Notes: generated from the letters alone by a model not told the origin. A stretch of DNA of 64,000 nt from an uncultured Acidobacteriota bacterium (GCA_963827655.1 CAWHCF010000050.1:123775-187774), one strand, 5' to 3'; counted from the first letter of the stretch, positions 41,801 through 52,324 are shown. Made by a program: numbers and translations.

Positions 41801-42196
41801 GGCAACACCCAGACCGCCGACCAGGTGAAACCCGACGTGGAAAAGCCCGGTCTGATCGGGCCTGGGACCAGCTGGTTCGACCCCTATGCCTTCGCGCCCG
41901 TGACGGGAGTCCGGTTCGGAAACACCGGACGCAATATTTTGCGGGGGCCGGGAGTGGTTAACCTGGACGCAAGTCTGTTCCGGAACTTCAAGCTGGGCGA
42001 GCGCTTCAATATGCAGTTTCGGACCGAGGCCTTCAACGTTACCAATACGCCGGCCTTCAATAACCCCGGCGCCAACGCATCCTCGCCGATTCGCAGTGCG
42101 GACGGCACTATCACGAATCTGAATGGCTATAGCTCGATTACGGCGGCGCAGCCGACGGAGCGACAGATCCGCTTCGCGCTGAAGCTGCTATTCTAG
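38851..42196 (+). CDS. TonB-dependent receptor with carboxypeptidase-regulatory-like N-terminus
   Basis: GSLTGNVSDASGASVPGA, RDQWQV, RTEAFNVTN and C-terminal RQIRFALKLLF. The RBS-supported ATG at 38851 is out of frame with ORF 38858, so there is either an early indel or a TTG start at 38858. Confidence 0.9.
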
Positions 42197-42258
42197 GCGG
42201 GTCTTGGGTCTTCGCGTTTCTTCGAGTCTTCGTGTCTTAGTGGTCGTTTTTTTGTTTC

Positions 42259-43965
42259 TCACTGGGTTCGCCCGGCAAACTTCGAGAGCAGGTCGATGTT
42301 GCGGGCGAAAGTCCGCGAGGCAATGATCTGCTCACGCGGCGGCTGGTCGCCCTGGAAAATGTCCAGCGTGTCGTTCTCCTTCATGGGGTAGGTCTTCCCG
42401 CCCAGTGTCACGATCATGTCCTTGGCGGCGTAAACCGACACGAGGCGGTTTGCCTTGCCGATGGTTCCTTCTTCGACCCAGGCGCCGCGCGGGTCCATCG
42501 CCGCTATGATGGCGCGGATGCGCTGCTCGGGGCTGGACGCCGCATCGCGGATGGCGCGCGATCCCGAGCCCACGGGCACTTCGCCCCCGGTCCAGGGTGA
42601 AAGGCCGTGGAGCCGGTCCGGTCTTCGCAACGATCCCGGTTCTGCCTTGACGACATCCTGGTAATCCCGCTCGATCTGCTTGAGTTGCTCGCCCGAGGTG
42701 AGGACGCCGTAGTGAGTTATCACGGAAGCGTCGCTGTGACTCAGCTCATAGCCATCGACGGTCGTGGTCGACTGGTCCTGGACCGTGACGCGTGTCCCTT
42801 TGGTGATGTACAGCGGCCGGTTGGTCTGAAGCTCGTAGAACCGGGCCATGCAGTCGGTGCCCTTGGGGCAGGCGCGGCGGCGGTGCTCTGACGGATTTTC
42901 GACTGCGGGCAGGACCGAGCGCTTGTAATACGCCATGGCCCGGGGAATCGGCTCGAGGTATTTCCGGTTTCCCGTCTCGCGATACAGGACGAGCAGCATC
43001 TTCATCACGCTCTGAGATTCGCCGCCGGTGATCGACGGTGGCTCGAAGCGGCGAGCCCAGGCGGGACGCATGTCGCGGTCGTATTGCTGGGCCCAACCCG
43101 GCTGCGGCTCCGGCATCTGGGCGAGGAGGATGAAGTCGCCGCCTCGCTCGGCGGAGGCGCGATAGCGTGGTTCGTTGTAGATGCGCGCGGCCTCGAGCAT
43201 CGTGTCCATCATGTCCACGATCGAGTTGTCGTTGAACGTGTAGTGCGCGGAGTAGTTTGCCCCTGGCCATTCGCGCGGCCACGAGTCCGGATAGCTGGCC
43301 CGCTTGATCGGCAACTCTTTCGCGTCGGGGAACTGGGCGTAGCGCTGGGGCCAGGCGCCATTCGGGTACTGAGCCTTCATCAGGCTATCCAGGGCGAAGA
43401 GCGCCGCTTCGTGAATCTTAGGGTCCTTGAAGCCCAGATCCCGGTCGACCCTGATGAGGAGCCGTATGCAACCCTGCGTCACATTGTCATCCAGATTCGT
43501 GACGCCCTTGGCCTCTGCCGTCGTCAGAGGGCCCTTGCATCCCCGCTCCACCCGATAAGCGTACTGACCCCGGGTCTTGGGATCGAATTCGATGAAGTAG
43601 TCCCATCCTCCCGAGCAAAGCTGGCCGCGGAGCAACGTATTGGCGACGTCGCGGGCCGCCTCGAGGTAATACTGGTCGCCGGTTGCCTCGTAGGCGTCGA
43701 GGTACGCCATGCCGACAATCGGCGTCCCCTCGCGCTGTACTTCGACCCGGTGAGGGGTCTCCGTGTGCTCCGAACGGCCGTAGCTGAGGTCTGCGGCGTA
43801 GCGGAAATGATATCCGCCGTGCGTCGATACCTTGGTGCGGTAAAACTCGACCGCCTTGTGTAGCGCCGCGCGCGCCTCGTCACGAAGGCTCGCCTGCTGC
43901 GAGCCGGCCGGAGGGGCCAGAGTCAGAATCGCTGCCGCTGCGATCAAGAGCGCTGTGCGTGTCAT
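42259..43965 (-). CDS. Pectate lyase, polysaccharide lyase family 10-like, secreted
   Basis: QYPNGAWPQ, TFNDN and WAQQYD..MRPAWARRFEPPSI..GES. Signal peptide from ATG 43965 with an AAGGAG RBS. Confidence 0.82.
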   Translation of the reverse strand: MTRTALLIAAAAILTLAPPAGSQQASLRDEARAALHKAVEFYRTKVSTHGGYHFRYAADLSYGRSEHTETPHRVEVQREGTPIVGMAYLDAYEATGDQYYLEAARDVANTLLRGQLCSGGWDYFIEFDPKTRGQYAYRVERGCKGPLTTAEAKGVTNLDDNVTQGCIRLLIRVDRDLGFKDPKIHEAALFALDSLMKAQYPNGAWPQRYAQFPDAKELPIKRASYPDSWPREWPGANYSAHYTFNDNSIVDMMDTMLEAARIYNEPRYRASAERGGDFILLAQMPEPQPGWAQQYDRDMRPAWARRFEPPSITGGESQSVMKMLLVLYRETGNRKYLEPIPRAMAYYKRSVLPAVENPSEHRRRACPKGTDCMARFYELQTNRPLYITKGTRVTVQDQSTTTVDGYELSHSDASVITHYGVLTSGEQLKQIERDYQDVVKAEPGSLRRPDRLHGLSPWTGGEVPVGSGSRAIRDAASSPEQRIRAIIAAMDPRGAWVEEGTIGKANRLVSVYAAKDMIVTLGGKTYPMKENDTLDIFQGDQPPREQIIASRTFARNIDLLSKFAGRTQ

Positions 43966-44057
43966 GAGCTTGCTCCTTGCCGTTTTTATTAGAGAGGCCT
44001 CCTTTTTGCCACATGCGGGAGGGGAAGCGCCAGCATAATCGCAGAGATCCACCGCTA

Positions 44058-44269
44058 AGGGTTGCGCAGAAATAAGTTGCATCTGCGCAGGCCCAGGCCC
44101 GCTGGCGAGGCCGAGCGACGACCGTACGGCGCGGTACTTAGGAGCGACACGAAGCCAGCGGCCTCCGGGTGCGCCCGAAGGCGCCGTCGTGATGCTGTCA
44201 GTTGGGCAGCCCGGACACTTCTGTTGGCACCGACCTCGCGCCAGAATGTGAAGTTATTCGCGCAGCCCT
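44058..44269. mobile_element. MITE-C (about 210 bp) inserted into an ACCAC-AAGAC repeat
   Basis: Imperfect TIRs agggttgcgcagaaataa and ttattcgcgcagccct. Joining the flanks gives accgc taaggcgc gaagcctc gaagaaacgc gaag, a normal copy of the dispersed repeat. Confidence 0.7.
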
Positions 44270-44361
44270 AGGCGCGAAGCCTCGAAGAAACGCGAAGTCG
44301 GAGTTCGGGCTATGGGTTGTCGATCGAGGCGAGGGCTGCGGCTCGCCTCGATCGCAGGGAA

Positions 44362-45651
44362 TCATGAGAACCGGGTGGTTCCGGGAACCGGCACGGCGGG
44401 CGTCGGAATCGATCCCCAGTCGTACTTCGCGGGGGTCAGGTCCTCGGTGGAATTCATGGCTTGCTCCCAGGTGATGACCTGTCCCGTGTAAGTAGCCATC
44501 CGGCCCATGATCGCAAGCAGCGTGCTCTTGGACATGTACTCGCCGTTGTTGATCGGCTTGCCGCTGCGGATGCTTGCGAACAACTCGTCGTGCTCGGTTT
44601 GATAGAAGTTGATCTTCGGACCATCGAACTCCCACGGGGTCTGGGTAGTCAGCTTCATGCGGGTATCGGTGAAGAAACCGGTCCCCTTGGAACCGTGGAT
44701 ATGGCCGCTGATGTCGTTGTGGCATTTGGCCTGCTGGCGGCAGTAGCTGAAGAGGCGGGCGCCGTTCGCATATTCGTAGATAACCGAGTGATGGTCGTAG
44801 ATATTGCCATACTCGGGACCGGTCCGGACCTGTCGACCGCCGATCCCGAACGCTCGGACCGGGTACTCGTCTTTCATCGCCCAGGTGCAGATATCGAGGT
44901 AGTGCACGTGCTGCTCGACATTGAAGTCGCCCGAGAGCCAGGTGAAGTAGTACCAGTTGCGCATTTGCCACTCCATGTCGCTCCAGCTGGTCTGGCGCGG
45001 CTTCACCCAGATCGAGCCGCGGAAGTCCCGCGCTTCCAGCGCCCGGATCTCCCCGAGCGCGCCGTCGTGTATCCGCTTCATGGTTTCCCGGAAGCCATTG
45101 GAGTAGCGCAAGCAAAGGCCGGAGACGATCGAGAGGTTCTTCTTGCGCGCCTCCTCGCATGTCGCCAGAACCGAACGTACCCCCGGGGCATCGACTGCGA
45201 CCGGCTTCTCGGCAAAAACGTGCTTGCCGGCGTCGACCGCTGCCCGAAGGTGCTTGGGGCGAAAGTGCGGGGGCTCGGCCAGCAGTACGACGTCGACGCC
45301 GGAGTCGATCAGCTGTTTGTAGGCGTCGAAGCCGACGAAGCGGCGCTCTTTCGGGACATCCACTTTGGCGGCGCTCTCGGGCTTTTTGAGCAGCGAGGCG
45401 AGGCTTGACTCGAGGCGGTCTTCGAAGGCATCGGCCATGGCGACTAGCTTGGAATTCTTGTCGGCAGCCAGGGCCTGGTGGGCCGCGCCGGTTCCCCGAC
45501 CTCCGCAGCCGATGAGGCCGACGCGCAGCAGGTCGCTGCCGGCGACATTGGCGCTTCGTGCGATCGAGAGTTTAGCCGCGAGAGCGCCGGAAGCGGCGGC
45601 GGCTGAGGTCTTGAGAAAGCTGCGGCGGGACGAACTGGATTCTTGACTCAT
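44362..45651 (-). CDS. Gfo/Idh/MocA oxidoreductase with Tat signal
   Basis: SRRSFLK Tat motif, VGLIGCGGRG, HVFAEKP and VEQHVHYLD. Confidence 0.92.
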   Translation of the reverse strand: MSQESSSSRRSFLKTSAAAASGALAAKLSIARSANVAGSDLLRVGLIGCGGRGTGAAHQALAADKNSKLVAMADAFEDRLESSLASLLKKPESAAKVDVPKERRFVGFDAYKQLIDSGVDVVLLAEPPHFRPKHLRAAVDAGKHVFAEKPVAVDAPGVRSVLATCEEARKKNLSIVSGLCLRYSNGFRETMKRIHDGALGEIRALEARDFRGSIWVKPRQTSWSDMEWQMRNWYYFTWLSGDFNVEQHVHYLDICTWAMKDEYPVRAFGIGGRQVRTGPEYGNIYDHHSVIYEYANGARLFSYCRQQAKCHNDISGHIHGSKGTGFFTDTRMKLTTQTPWEFDGPKINFYQTEHDELFASIRSGKPINNGEYMSKSTLLAIMGRMATYTGQVITWEQAMNSTEDLTPAKYDWGSIPTPAVPVPGTTRFS

Positions 45652-45661
45652 GCGCGAACTC

Positions 45662-45683
45662 CTGAAAATTGGTGACAGGCTAC
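45662..45683. repeat. Short dispersed repeat GAAAATYGGTGACAGG (3 copies)
   Basis: gaaaattggtgacaggctac here. Reverse copies gtagcctgtcaccgattttc at about 49484-49503 and ccgtcaccgattttc at about 46153-46167, both adjoining gene ends. Confidence 0.6.
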
Positions 45684-45746
45684 TTCTTTTAGCCGTTGGA
45701 CTCTTAGTCTTACACGCAAATCGGCGCCGGCTTGATTTGTAAATGT

Positions 45747-46088
45747 GTGCCGCGCCTTCAGCGCTTCCGATAACTGGAGAATTTAATCCCGACCTTACGA
45801 GACTGTCTCGAACTCAGATTCCCCTGGTAGTGTGTTCAGAATTCTTCCGAGCACCCTGTGGCGACGGGCCATTGGCCCGTCGCAAATAACGTAATCGGAA
45901 TGCCCTAACCTTAAAAAGTTCAGTAGTGCCCCTTGGGAGCCGGACGGGCTTGATAGCCCGTCCGCACATGAACCGGGCGAGTTTCGCAACAGTCTCTGAT
46001 GACCCGCGCCACAGACCCAATCTTTTTCACACCTTCCGAGGCCGGGATAACATCATACACAAACCCTGAGCGCTGAAGGCGTGGCACT
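45747..46088. mobile_element. Nested composite: REP arms enclosing MITE-B (45799-45996) and a MITE-A end
   Basis: Outer inverted gtgccgcgccttcagcgct / agcgctgaaggcgtggcac. 45799-45996 is the reverse complement of 675-879 with scattered mismatches. It is followed by tgatgacccgcgccac and tttttcacaccttc-cgaggccgggat. Confidence 0.8.
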
Positions 46089-46165
46089 TGCGTGTAAGCT
46101 TCAGGTAATACTCGCGCTATATATTACAGCCAAAAAAGGGGAAAGGATAGGTCCGTCACCGATTT

Positions 46166-49100
46166 TCAGAAATTGATCCGCAATTCGCCGGTCATCGCCC
46201 GCGCCCCGGCGCGCTCGATCAGGCCGCGCGTCGCGGTGATCCTCCCCACGGTCCCGGGGGCCGAAAGATTCCCGCTGGGAAGAGCAAAATTAGGATGGTT
46301 GAATACATTCCGGATGTTGAGCTGGAACTCGATGTCGAGCGATTCGCGCGCGTAGATGCTCTTGATGACGTTGAGATGCTGCACGTTCAGGCCCGGTCCC
46401 TCCAGGATGTTGCGGCCCGCGTTGCCGAAGCGGCCGCTGTTGGCCGCCGGCATGACGAAGGCGCTGATGTCGAACCACCGATCGATGCTTTGCTCGCCCG
46501 ACGGCAGGTTGCCATCGGCCACTCGATCGGGCCGGCCGCCCGAGATCCCGGTTCCTGAAATGTCGCGGCCGGTAAAGGAAGGGGTGAAGAATCGCCCGCT
46601 CTCGAAGTAAAGCAGGCCGGCCATCGCCCATCCGCCGACCAGGTGATGCACCCAAGATGGAGATCCACTCAGGTAGCGACGCCCGCGCCCGAAGGGAAGC
46701 TCATACATCACCGACCCATTGACCCGATGGCGGACGCCATAGGCCTCGCGTCCGCGCTCGCGGCTGCGGTTAAACGGATTCTCGATTGTCGGGCCCAGGT
46801 CCGAGCCGTCGTCGTCAATGTCGCCGATCTGAGTACTGTAGGTCCAGGCCGCCTGAAACTGGAGGCCCTGCATGAAACGGCGTTCGGCTTCCAGCTGCAG
46901 CCCATGGTAAATGGAGTTGCCGCCGTTATCGGCGAAGGTCAGGCCGCGGTACTGGGGAAAAGGACGGCGCGCGTTGTTGAACGCAACCGTGCTCGGCAGC
47001 GGCACGTTGAGATCCCGGCGATAACCCAGGTTGGTTCCTCGTGTGCCGACGTAAGAAGCCCGGAGACCGATGTTGGAGATCTCGCGTTCAAGCGTCAGAC
47101 TCCACTGCTGGATGTGGGGGTTCTTGAGATTCACCTTGAAACCGCTGGCGGCGATCGTCCCGATGCTCCCTACGGCGCCGAAAGGATTCGGGAAGACAAA
47201 GCTGGGCCGGTTGGCTTCGAAGTTCTCGAACGTCTCGGTAAAACCGAACAACGGGCTGCCGGTCCCTCCGATCACGTCGGTGCCGAAGTTGTCCATGAAG
47301 ACACCGTAGCCCGCGCGCAAGACCGTGTTGGTCGAGGGGCGGAACGCGAGGCCCAGGCGAGGCACCACGTTGTTCTGGTCCACATCGCGCAGCGTCTGAG
47401 GAAAGCCCATCTCCGCCGCTGTCACCACCTGGATGTCAGGGGGAAGCAGCGGGTTGACGCTTGCAAGGGCGGCCTCATCGGGAACCACGAGAGCCGCGGT
47501 GCGCGGGTCGAGGTTGTACATCTTGCCGTCCTTGTCGACCGAAGCGAACTGATACTCGTAGCGGATTCCCCAGTTAATCGTCAGTCGGGAACTGGCCTTC
47601 CAGTCGTCCTGGACAAAGAGGTAGAGGTCCGAGCCGCGCCGGTACACCGGTCCGCGCAGAGTGGCCCGGGCGGCGGTCTTCGGAAGGCCGAGCAGGAAAT
47701 CGGAATAGGCATGCCCGGTGAAGAAGTTGGTGAAAGAGAAAGCCCCGAAGAACTGGTCCGGCGTGCTGAAGCTGTTCACGTGGCTGCGCACCAGGTCGAC
47801 GCCCGCCTTGATGCTGTGCCGGCCGCGGACGAGCGTCACGCTGTCGCTGCCGTGAAAGACCTGCTCGACCAGCGGGCGTGTTCCCGCCGACCCGATGGTG
47901 TTGAATCCGGGGATCGCAAACTGGGGCATGCCACGCAGCTCTTCGGCGTCGGTGGGCGATAGCCCCTGGATACCGGTGTAGCGCAGCACTTCCATTCCAA
48001 GCAGGGGCCCCAGGACGCGGTTGTTGCTCCGCTGCATGCCGAAGCGGAACTCGTTCACGGTTCCAGGCGTGAACGTGTGGGTGTCGGAGATCGCCAGAGT
48101 CGTGTTGCGCCGGTACTGATCCTGGGTGCCGATGGTGATCAGGCTGTTGGTCAGAGGCTGGCTCGGAAAGGCGCGATAGCCGACCCGCACGTAGAACATG
48201 TTCCTGTCGGTGATCTTCTGGTCGATCCTCGCGTCCCAGCGATTCTCCAGCTGTTTCCGGTCGAACAGGACGCGATTATTGAGCGAAAGGAGGTCCGGAG
48301 GACCGAAGTTCGGCATGGGATAGAAGCGCTCCTGCACGCGCAGCGCGACCGCATCCAGCCGGCTAGCGGGAATGACGTTGCCGGAGAAAGCAGCGCCGGT
48401 CAGGGGATCACGGATCGGTATCATCACTCCGCGGCTGTCGACCACCTGCGAGAAATCGCCCAGGCGCATCGCTGCGGTCGGCACGGTCGCATTGGCGCTT
48501 CCCTTTCCGGGAGTGCGCTGCCCGAAGTAAGAAAGCATGAAGAAGGTGCGGTCGTGGCCGTCATACAGTTTCGGGACATATAGCGGTCCTCCCACGGTGA
48601 CGCCCAGCGAATGGTCCTTGAAGACGGGCGCGGTCGCGGCGAAGAAGTCGCGCGCGTTCAAGGCCGAATTGTTGTGGAAATAGTAAACGCTGCCATGGAC
48701 CTTGTTCGTGCCCGACTTGGTCACGGCCGACATGACTCCGGGCGATCCGAACTCTGCGCTGTTGTTGGCTGTGTGGAGCTTGAGCTCCGAGATCATCTCC
48801 AGGGTTGACTGCGTTCCGCTTAGCGGCGTTCCGCCGCGCGGGCTCATAATGCCATCGAACAGGAACTCGGCCTGGGCGGAGCGCGCGCCGTTAAACGCGA
48901 AGGTGAAGGTCGTCACGCTCTGGACGCCGGGGAGGGTCAGGACGTAGGCTGTCCAGTCGTTTACGCCCATCACGGTCGGGAGCCAGTCAAGCTCCTTGGA
49001 ATCGCGGCGGTCGGCGATTTGAGCGGTCTCGGTCTCGATCACAGGAGCCGGCGCCGTCACGTTGACTTCGGCCGACTGTTCCCCGACCTCCATCCGGACG

Positions 49101-49453
49101 TCGATCCGGACGCTCGCCCGGCTCTCCACTGAAACACCGTCGCGGACGAATGTCTTGAAGCCGGGCAGCTCGGCGCGCAGGCGGTACGTTCCCGGGAGCA
49201 GGTGCGTAATATCGTAAGTTCCCGCCTCACCGCTCAGCGCTGTCTTGGCAATATTGGTGCTGGTGTTGGTAACCACGACCGAGACCCCCGGGACGACGGC
49301 TCCGGTAGCGTCTGTGACGAGCCCTCCGATGCTTCCAAAGGTGGACTGAGCCGGGCAAGGCCTTGGGTCTATCGTCGCGAGCACCAGTAGCACGATCCAC
49401 AGCCTGGCGGCCATCGTCATCCTCCAGTCGAGATCCTTCGCTCGCAGTGTCAT
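46166..49453 (-). CDS. TonB-dependent receptor with carboxypeptidase-regulatory-like N-terminus
   Basis: GSIGGLVTDATGAVVPG, KSGTNKVHG, QDDWKA, NVFNHPNF and C-terminal ELRINF. GAGGAG RBS before ATG 49453. Confidence 0.9.
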   Translation of the reverse strand: MTLRAKDLDWRMTMAARLWIVLLVLATIDPRPCPAQSTFGSIGGLVTDATGAVVPGVSVVVTNTSTNIAKTALSGEAGTYDITHLLPGTYRLRAELPGFKTFVRDGVSVESRASVRIDVRMEVGEQSAEVNVTAPAPVIETETAQIADRRDSKELDWLPTVMGVNDWTAYVLTLPGVQSVTTFTFAFNGARSAQAEFLFDGIMSPRGGTPLSGTQSTLEMISELKLHTANNSAEFGSPGVMSAVTKSGTNKVHGSVYYFHNNSALNARDFFAATAPVFKDHSLGVTVGGPLYVPKLYDGHDRTFFMLSYFGQRTPGKGSANATVPTAAMRLGDFSQVVDSRGVMIPIRDPLTGAAFSGNVIPASRLDAVALRVQERFYPMPNFGPPDLLSLNNRVLFDRKQLENRWDARIDQKITDRNMFYVRVGYRAFPSQPLTNSLITIGTQDQYRRNTTLAISDTHTFTPGTVNEFRFGMQRSNNRVLGPLLGMEVLRYTGIQGLSPTDAEELRGMPQFAIPGFNTIGSAGTRPLVEQVFHGSDSVTLVRGRHSIKAGVDLVRSHVNSFSTPDQFFGAFSFTNFFTGHAYSDFLLGLPKTAARATLRGPVYRRGSDLYLFVQDDWKASSRLTINWGIRYEYQFASVDKDGKMYNLDPRTAALVVPDEAALASVNPLLPPDIQVVTAAEMGFPQTLRDVDQNNVVPRLGLAFRPSTNTVLRAGYGVFMDNFGTDVIGGTGSPLFGFTETFENFEANRPSFVFPNPFGAVGSIGTIAASGFKVNLKNPHIQQWSLTLEREISNIGLRASYVGTRGTNLGYRRDLNVPLPSTVAFNNARRPFPQYRGLTFADNGGNSIYHGLQLEAERRFMQGLQFQAAWTYSTQIGDIDDDGSDLGPTIENPFNRSRERGREAYGVRHRVNGSVMYELPFGRGRRYLSGSPSWVHHLVGGWAMAGLLYFESGRFFTPSFTGRDISGTGISGGRPDRVADGNLPSGEQSIDRWFDISAFVMPAANSGRFGNAGRNILEGPGLNVQHLNVIKSIYARESLDIEFQLNIRNVFNHPNFALPSGNLSAPGTVGRITATRGLIERAGARAMTGELRINF

Positions 49454-49491
49454 GACTCTCCTCGTTTCGAAAAAGGGAAAAAGGTAGCCTG

Positions 49492-50724
49492 TCACCGATT
49501 TTCCGTCACGGTCTGCAACCAGGCTTCGTAAATCATGCGATCCTTCTCGCGTTCCCAACGCTGAGGGTCGAGAGCGCTCAATTGCTCCCGGCTCAAGCCG
49601 GGAACGCCGCTGCCGAGAGCCAGGGTCCCGCCCTCTCGATGTTCACTCGCGTACAGGGGATCCAGTTCCACCCGCTCCCGGCGCGCCCACTCGCTCACGT
49701 GAGTCTCGGGCATGCCCCGGATGCCGGCCTCGGACCAGGCCGGGAAATCGAGAGTTCGTTCCAGCCACAACGCGACCGCTCGCGTCACGAAGAAGGGGCG
49801 ATGGCCGACTCCCGGCACGAATCCCGTCTCGAAGATTCTGTCGTCGTTCCCCCTCAATCGCGCGACGCGCCCTCGCAGGTTATCGAAAAACTCCGCGGCG
49901 TTCTGCGGGATCCGCACCGTCGTGTCCTCCAGGCCGTTGAAGACCAGAGTCGACCCCCGCGATGCGTGAAGCGCATAGATCACGGCGGCGCGGTCGCCGA
50001 GGAAAGCGAGGGAACGGTAAGAAAGGCCCGTGCACATCGGCTTGGTGTTGTCCCAGTACTCGCCGGGCCCGTCCAGATTGCCCCCGCCTACCAGCACACA
50101 TGCGCGGAGCCGCGCGTCGACCGCGCCCGCCAGGGCGAGCATGAAGGAGCCGAGTGAATAACCGGCCGCGGCGATCCGATCCGGGTCGACCTCCGGCCGG
50201 GCGCGCAGGTAGGAGACGGCCTGCATCACGTCCGTGATCATCTGGCCCGCCAGGCGCCGCCCGATCGGCTCCCGGGGTTCGACGATTCTATCGTGAGCGC
50301 GAGTGCCCGACTTCCGTTCGGCATTGCGCTCCCCTTCGCCCAGCGGATCGTACGTCAGCACGGCTGCGCCCGCCCTCGCGTACAGGATTCCGGAGTAGAA
50401 CGCATACCAGCTGAATTTATCGCCTCCATGCCCGTTCACTACGATGAAGGCAGGGATTCTTTCGCGGCGCTCCTTTGGAAGATAAAGGATCGCGGGCACC
50501 CGCAAGCCAAACTGTGTGCCGTAGGTGATCCGTTCAGCGATAACGCCCTCGACCGGCTCGAATCGGCCGTGCGATTCGGCCGCGAGGGGCGGCAATGGTT
50601 GTGGGATATGAAGCGTGTCGCGGATGGCGGAGCGCCACTTCTCCTCCTGCGCGGGAGTGGAAAGTTCCACGCGCCAGGCCAGCGGCAGCATGATGAGTCC
50701 GCTCAGCAGGATCTTCAGGAGCAT
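49492..50724 (-). CDS. Secreted alpha/beta hydrolase (acetylxylan esterase/DLH-like)
   Basis: Signal peptide, VPAILYLP, VNGHGG, YDPLGEGER, VDPDRIAAAGYSLG nucleophile elbow, and GHRP. Confidence 0.82.
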   Translation of the reverse strand: MLLKILLSGLIMLPLAWRVELSTPAQEEKWRSAIRDTLHIPQPLPPLAAESHGRFEPVEGVIAERITYGTQFGLRVPAILYLPKERRERIPAFIVVNGHGGDKFSWYAFYSGILYARAGAAVLTYDPLGEGERNAERKSGTRAHDRIVEPREPIGRRLAGQMITDVMQAVSYLRARPEVDPDRIAAAGYSLGSFMLALAGAVDARLRACVLVGGGNLDGPGEYWDNTKPMCTGLSYRSLAFLGDRAAVIYALHASRGSTLVFNGLEDTTVRIPQNAAEFFDNLRGRVARLRGNDDRIFETGFVPGVGHRPFFVTRAVALWLERTLDFPAWSEAGIRGMPETHVSEWARRERVELDPLYASEHREGGTLALGSGVPGLSREQLSALDPQRWEREKDRMIYEAWLQTVTENR

Positions 50725-50903
50725 CAGGAACTCCTTTCCCTGTGCCTATCAGTGGCTGCTTGATCTAAACGGGTGCGTGACCTGAACCATGCCCGAAACG
50801 ACTTGAGAAGATATGACACCTTTGCGGGATGGAAGTCAAGACAAGCTTGCCGATTGCGGATTTCGTGTCTGCAAGACGTCTAAGTGGTATTTGCTTTGCA
50901 GCG

Positions 50904-51801
50904 TCAAAGCGCTAAGATCGAAGACGCGAGGCTTTTCACTACCAGGTGGGTTTGGTGTTCTTCGTGATGCTGCTTTTCTCCCTCCCGTGGCATGTAAGAG
51001 GAATGATTCATGTTCTCCTTTCCACTCATGTTTGTCTGCCATTCGCCATTATCGATCCACATCGAGAGGAAATAGTCTTTGGCGCAAGGGTCATCGCCGA
51101 GCACGGTCTTGCCGAATGGACACTTGCCCCATTCCTTGTTGGTTGACGGAGCATGAACGGTGGAGATGTAGAGTTGAGCCGCGGTTCGGACGGCGTCGGT
51201 ATCAGAATTTCCGACGGCCGAGTCGAACGAGACGTTTCCTTTGTTCCAATCGTTGATGAAGTTGCCGAACGCGTGGGGGTAAAACTGGACGAAACGCGCT
51301 CCAGCCGTAGTTTTGGCTCCGACGCTGCGCCATGTCGCGCCGAGGGTTTGTCCGTAGCAGTTGGTCCCCCAGACAATGCGGATGGGAATCTTTGTGAATC
51401 CCGTCTTGTCCGGTTTCAATTCATTGGTAATGTCAGTGGTGGTGACGAAATTCTTCACTGCCATACGAGCCGTTGCTGACCATGAACTTCTGCGGAAGGC
51501 CGTGCGAGAAAACGAATAGATCGGTGTAGTAGCCGTCTGCGGTCAGCTGGGTAAGATACTTGAAGAGGTTCGCTTTGGTGGGCAGGTCCTTGATGTCCGC
51601 GAGTTTTTCGTCAGCCTCGCTGAGATCCGCCCAACTCGGCAACGAGTTATGTTTCAGCAGCACTTTGTACTGGTATCCCTCCATCGCCTTCTTGAGCTGG
51701 AGCGTGTCCTGACCGAGCGACTCGTACTTGCTCTCTTTGCCGTAGTAAAACAATATTAATGAAGCGGCGCCCTTATTAGCCGCCGGTACTTTCGGTGCCA
51801 T
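50904..51801 (-). CDS. Hypothetical protein with a caspase/clan CD-like His-Cys pattern (frameshift near 51455)
   Basis: Strong AAGGAGG RBS before ATG 51801. ORFs 51433-51801 and 50904-51464 join at GSYGSE/NFVTTT. Motifs DLFVFSHG and IRIVWGTNCYG. The true stop may be TAG at 50939 after a second indel. Confidence 0.65.
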
Positions 51802-52324
51802 GGTTTCCTCCTTTAAGAATAACGAACATCGGTGCCGTGCTGTGCGGCACGGCGTACATGCTTACTGCCATTAGATAGTGGCGGCATGCTTCTCGAAATT
51901 TCATCTCGCGTTAACCAGGGCCGAAGACCCGCCAGTGAATAGCCGCGCCACGTGAGGGACTGTCTCAGAACCTGCCCGGCACTGCGAACAGGTTCTGTGC
52001 CGGTCCCTCGGACCTCGATGTCATCTGCACCACAAGCCACGTCCTGACGGGCGTGGCTACTCACTGACGGGCCTTCGGCCCTGGCTACCGGCACCCGAGC
52101 TTCTGTGCCTGTGAAATGTCCAAACACCATGGTCCTTCGGACCGCCAGCGAGCACTGTCTGGATCACAGGTACGTCCTTAAGAAATATTTGCTCCCTTCC
52201 GACTGCCTGAGCTAGGATTGAGCCCGCACAGGACTTTCGGTCATTGATTCGTCAATAGCCTCTTCTCGATGCCGTTCGAGCCCTCCAGAAAGCAAGTCCT
52301 CAAATACCTGAAGCCCACCGGGAA

